From the NCBI RefSeq assembly GCF_023920225.1, contig NZ_CP092587.1, positions 3,025,709-3,065,708 of the forward strand: a stretch of 40,000 nucleotides of DNA, in the 5' to 3' direction. The notes beneath the pieces were generated by a model. The model had not been told where the DNA came from, searched no databases, and saw only the letters and a program-made list of their open reading frames with translations. Below, piece after piece: positions 36,591 to 40,000 of the stretch. Position numbers and translations under genes: made by a program. Source of the DNA: Vibrio gazogenes (lineage in GTDB: Bacteria > Pseudomonadota > Gammaproteobacteria > Enterobacterales > Vibrionaceae). The first letter of the stretch is position 1; every line of letters begins with the position of its first letter.

Positions 36591-37721
36591 GTGACTGTAC
36601 AAAGTTTTTTCCCACCGCAAAGAACACTTATGGGCCCCGGCCCGTCTGATATTCATCCTCGGGTTTTACAGGCCTTAAGCCGACCGACAATCGGGCACCT
36701 TGACCCGTTATTTATTCAAATGATGGATGAATTGAAGTCTCTCTTACAATATGCATTTCAGACCGAAAATGAATTTACGATTGCGATTTCTGCCCCCGGC
36801 AGTGCCGGAATGGAAGCCTGTTTCGTCAATTTACTGGAACCGGGAGACAAGGTAATCGTCTGCCGAAACGGCGTTTTTGGCGAACGAATGCGGGAGAATG
36901 TGATCCGTTGTGGTGCCAACGCAGTGCTGGTGGATAACGCATGGGGAGAAAGTGTTTCCGTTGAAAAAGTCGAACAGGCCATTCAAGAACATCCGGATGC
37001 GAAAGTATTAGCGTTTGTCCATGCCGAGACGTCAACCGGAGCACTCAGTGATGCAAAAGCGCTAGGTCATTTGGCCAAGCAGTACGGTTTGTTGACCATC
37101 GTAGATGCAGTCACTTCATTAGGCGGTGTCCCTTTAGCAGTAGATGAATGGCAGCTCGACGCAGTTTACTCGGGGAGCCAAAAGTGTCTTTCCTGTGTTC
37201 CCGGCCTGTCTCCCCTGACATTTTCTCAGGCAGCAATTGAGACCATCAAAGCCCGTAAAACCCCGGTCCAGAGTTGGTTTCTCGATCAAACTTTGGTCAT
37301 GGGGTACTGGAGTGGCCAACAGAAACGAAGCTATCACCACACCGCACCGGTGAATACGTTATACGCACTCCATGAGTCGCTAGTGCTGTTACAAGAAGAA
37401 TCACTGGCGTCGTCATGGCATCGCCACCAGCAAATGCATCAACAACTGAAACAGGGACTCGAACAACTGGGGCTGACGTTTGTCGTTGAAGCATCAGAAC
37501 GGTTGCCACAACTGAATACCGTCCGAATTCCTGAAGGGATTGACGATGCGTGGGTCAGAAGTTATTTATTGCACCAGTATAATTTGGAAATTGGTGCAGG
37601 ATTAGGCCAGTTTGCCGGTAATGCGTGGCGAATCGGGCTGATGGGATATAGCGCCCGACCCGAAAATATCGCACTCTGCCTGAAAGCATTGGAAGATGCG
37701 CTCACACAGAGCAAGCAATGA
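36591..37721 (+). CDS. Class V PLP-dependent aminotransferase (serine-pyruvate / alanine-glyoxylate aminotransferase family)
   Basis: The ORF-track start at 36558 is a TTG. The GTG at 36591 is preceded by AAGGAG at 7-nt spacing. It has the N-terminal LMGPGPS motif, the VDAVTSLGG block and the PLP-lysine motif SGSQKCL typical of class V enzymes. Substrate specificity cannot be read from sequence alone. Confidence 0.85.
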   Translation: MTVQSFFPPQRTLMGPGPSDIHPRVLQALSRPTIGHLDPLFIQMMDELKSLLQYAFQTENEFTIAISAPGSAGMEACFVNLLEPGDKVIVCRNGVFGERMRENVIRCGANAVLVDNAWGESVSVEKVEQAIQEHPDAKVLAFVHAETSTGALSDAKALGHLAKQYGLLTIVDAVTSLGGVPLAVDEWQLDAVYSGSQKCLSCVPGLSPLTFSQAAIETIKARKTPVQSWFLDQTLVMGYWSGQQKRSYHHTAPVNTLYALHESLVLLQEESLASSWHRHQQMHQQLKQGLEQLGLTFVVEASERLPQLNTVRIPEGIDDAWVRSYLLHQYNLEIGAGLGQFAGNAWRIGLMGYSARPENIALCLKALEDALTQSKQ

Positions 37722-37723
37722 AA

Positions 37724-39448
37724 TTACTCAGGATCGGACTGTACGATAGGCTGTTTGTCCGGGAGCACAAAAGGATAGTGAGGAAATAAAAACTCAGCCT
37801 CGATCCGTGATTGCTCTGCACGATTGATATCTCCGATATGCTGATATAACGCCATGAGCAACTGATAGTATTCTGGCCTTGGCTGCCGCTGGATCAACTC
37901 AAGCAGCCAAGGTACGTAGGTACTCAGCGGCTGCCGATGCTGTTGCGGATTCTTTTGCTTCAACTGGTCAATCAACTGCACTTTCATCAATTGATCATGC
38001 CAGACGACAGGCACATACTGTTGTGCCTGTCGTGAGATATATTGCCCCTGTTTGTATTGCATCAATAAGCTTTGTGCCCGAAGCAATTCGCCACAATAAA
38101 GTAATGCTAAGATAGGAAGTAAGATTCCCACTCCATTTAACCCTCGGGTTGTCAGGCGATGGATAGGCACACTTCTATATTTTGCGACACGTTGGTCAAC
38201 CCAAAACAAGAGAATGATGAAGGTAACCCAGTGAATCGCAGACTGACTGAACACATCATCGACCTGACTGGTCATGACAATAGGAAAAAGCAATGACAAG
38301 GTTGCAAGACGGGTTTTAGGTTTCGCACCATAAATACGCCCCAGTACAAATAAAGCGGCTAATGTAATTGCGAAAATCGGCAGAATACCACCTTCAATGC
38401 CCCAATAAAGCACTTCATTATGCGGATGTGACAACCCGGCTAACGGTGATGGATAACTCGGGTTTAATTGATGTTGCCGGGCGCTATAAAGCACATATTC
38501 TTCTTCAAAGTGACCGTAGCCATACCCCGTAAACGGTTTCTCGATGAACATATCAGTGGTCTGAGCCAGACTGTCCGATAACGGTGATAATCGCTTGATG
38601 TATTGAGCGTTAAACGGTGTGGTGTAAAGCACCTGAATCAAAATAAGTCCGCTCAGCAGACCCAGCATAATGGAGATGCCCCACCCCCAAAGTCTTTTCC
38701 GACTGGCAAATCGATACAAGTAAGGAAAAATCATCACAATGCCGATCAGTGTTACTCCCCACCCCGTAACCGAGCGGAGTAACACCAATAAAGGCATACA
38801 CAGTAATGGCGTGATATAGAGCAGACTGGCAATGCTAAATTGAGCCTGATACTTTTTCAAATACCGGGAAAGCAAATATCCAGATGCCAAAAGACCTGTT
38901 GCAAGGTACGTCGCGAATGTATTGACCGAGGGAAATACGCCCAGTGGTACTTGGGCCGGATCGACGAATAACTGATAATAAGCCAGTCCGCTCTCAACCA
39001 ATGCAGACAATACGATCAACCAGATGAGCCGGTGTTTATGCTTGTTGCTAAAGCGAAACTGCTGAAGCACCACAAAGAGAAGAAATCCGCCCCATAAAGC
39101 AATCACACGATATGCTGACAGTGAAACCGAGGCGTGATCATAAAACAGCGGTAGTGTCAGCAGTAAACAGCAGACCAAGAGACCGAACGTCAGTTTTGAA
39201 TACCTGATCTTCTCGGCCCGGATCATCTGAAATACACCGACTGAAATAGCAATACTGACCCAAAACCAAGTCGTCATATTAAACAGTAGTGTTAAACCAG
39301 CACCGACATTCAGATCACTCGGGAAATGCAGAAAAATGAGGTATAGCATCCCGAGAACAAATAAAAAAGGTCGATTTAAAGGCAGTTTTACCGGAGATGG
39401 CTCAAGCCTTGTTCCCCGCACGATCAGTATCGCCATAGTCTCATTCAT
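37724..39448 (-). CDS. Polytopic O-antigen-ligase/Wzy_C-family membrane protein with soluble C-terminal domain (PglL-like O-oligosaccharyltransferase candidate)
   Basis: 574 aa with ~10-12 hydrophobic helices and a loop containing HPHNEVLYWGIEGG, which resembles the Wzy_C/O-antigen-ligase signature region (H..HN...). It has a ~150-aa hydrophilic C-terminus with TPR-like helices. Its position between the class V aminotransferase and uvrA matches what I recall for V. cholerae VC0393 (PglL-like). The start codon is uncertain because there is no clear SD. Confidence 0.6.
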   Translation of the reverse strand: MNETMAILIVRGTRLEPSPVKLPLNRPFLFVLGMLYLIFLHFPSDLNVGAGLTLLFNMTTWFWVSIAISVGVFQMIRAEKIRYSKLTFGLLVCCLLLTLPLFYDHASVSLSAYRVIALWGGFLLFVVLQQFRFSNKHKHRLIWLIVLSALVESGLAYYQLFVDPAQVPLGVFPSVNTFATYLATGLLASGYLLSRYLKKYQAQFSIASLLYITPLLCMPLLVLLRSVTGWGVTLIGIVMIFPYLYRFASRKRLWGWGISIMLGLLSGLILIQVLYTTPFNAQYIKRLSPLSDSLAQTTDMFIEKPFTGYGYGHFEEEYVLYSARQHQLNPSYPSPLAGLSHPHNEVLYWGIEGGILPIFAITLAALFVLGRIYGAKPKTRLATLSLLFPIVMTSQVDDVFSQSAIHWVTFIILLFWVDQRVAKYRSVPIHRLTTRGLNGVGILLPILALLYCGELLRAQSLLMQYKQGQYISRQAQQYVPVVWHDQLMKVQLIDQLKQKNPQQHRQPLSTYVPWLLELIQRQPRPEYYQLLMALYQHIGDINRAEQSRIEAEFLFPHYPFVLPDKQPIVQSDPE

Positions 39449-39525
39449 GTTGTGGGGGAGACGATGTTGCCACGTAAAATTGCTTCGTTACGCTTCGTCT
39501 CCCTACAGGAAGTATGTTATGGAAG

Positions 39526-40000
39526 CTATTCTAACATAGGTTTCAAGAAACGTGCGGTATGAGAACCCGTCACTTTGGACACCGCTTCCGGAGTCCCTTG
39601 AGCGATGATTTCTCCGCCGCCTTGACCACCTTCAGGACCCAGATCGACAACCCAGTCGGCCGTTTTAATCACATCTAAGTTATGTTCGATGACCACCACT
39701 GTATTGCCATGGTCTCTCAACCGATGAAGTACCGTAAGCAATTGCTGAATATCATCGAAATGCAGACCAGTTGTCGGCTCATCAAGAATGTACAAGGTTT
39801 TACCGGTATCGCGCTTAGACAGCTCTCTGGCAAGCTTGACCCGCTGAGCTTCACCACCGGAAAGCGTGGTTGCTGCCTGACCTAAACGAATATAAGAAAG
39901 CCCGACATCCATCAATGTCTGCAATTTTCTGGCAATCACAGGAACCGGATCAAAGAAAGTTCTGGCATCTTCCACTGTCATTTCAAGTACTTCGTCAATG
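39526..40000 (-). CDS. uvrA: Excinuclease ABC subunit A, C-terminal part (5' end outside the window)
   Basis: Contains the ABC signature [12 protein letters not shown], Walker [13 protein letters not shown] and the H-loop VVVIEHN. The C-terminus [12 protein letters not shown] matches the E. coli UvrA end as recalled. The reading frame stays open to the window edge. Confidence 0.96.
   Translation of the reverse strand, partial: IDEVLEMTVEDARTFFDPVPVIARKLQTLMDVGLSYIRLGQAATTLSGGEAQRVKLARELSKRDTGKTLYILDEPTTGLHFDDIQQLLTVLHRLRDHGNTVVVIEHNLDVIKTADWVVDLGPEGGQGGGEIIAQGTPEAVSKVTGSHTARFLKPMLE

Overview
The window looks like a Vibrionaceae-type gammaproteobacterial chromosome segment. This is an inference from gene order and from protein similarity recalled from memory; no search was run. 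Almost everything from 1 to 36168 is coded on the minus strand.

Left flank (core cell-envelope and RNA genes): yhdP (partial), rng, maf, mreD, mreC, mreB and csrD.

Centre (about 10033-34660): a roughly 24.6 kb formate hydrogenlyase (FHL) island of the Hyf / hydrogenase-4 type. Reading along the minus strand there are three apparent transcription units:
- hyfABCDEFGHIJ-hycI, with a sigma-54 promoter, an IHF site and an upstream repeat element.
- hydN-fdhF, with a sigma-54 promoter and a perfect 35-bp palindrome upstream.
- fhlA-fdhD-hupE-hypF-hypCDE-hypAB, covering regulator, sulfur transfer, Ni permease and NiFe maturation.

Right flank: lysC with an intrinsic terminator and a lysine riboswitch leader, a divergent class V aminotransferase, a PglL/O-antigen-ligase-like membrane protein, and the 3' end of uvrA.

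I found no rRNA, tRNA, CRISPR array, transposase, integrase, toxin-antitoxin or recognisable defence genes. I do not see a convincingly novel multi-gene system.

The items most worth a second look:
- An exceptionally long His-rich insertion in HypB, partly encoded by a perfect 11 x 9-bp tandem repeat.
- A shared GTGTCGA motif (inverted once, direct once) placed enhancer-like upstream of the two sigma-54 promoters.
- A Cys-for-Sec FdhF.
- Unusual C-terminal tails on HyfH and HyfI.
- The insertion context of the island.

Several ORF-track starts were trimmed to downstream starts with better ribosome-binding sites or homologue-consistent N-termini.
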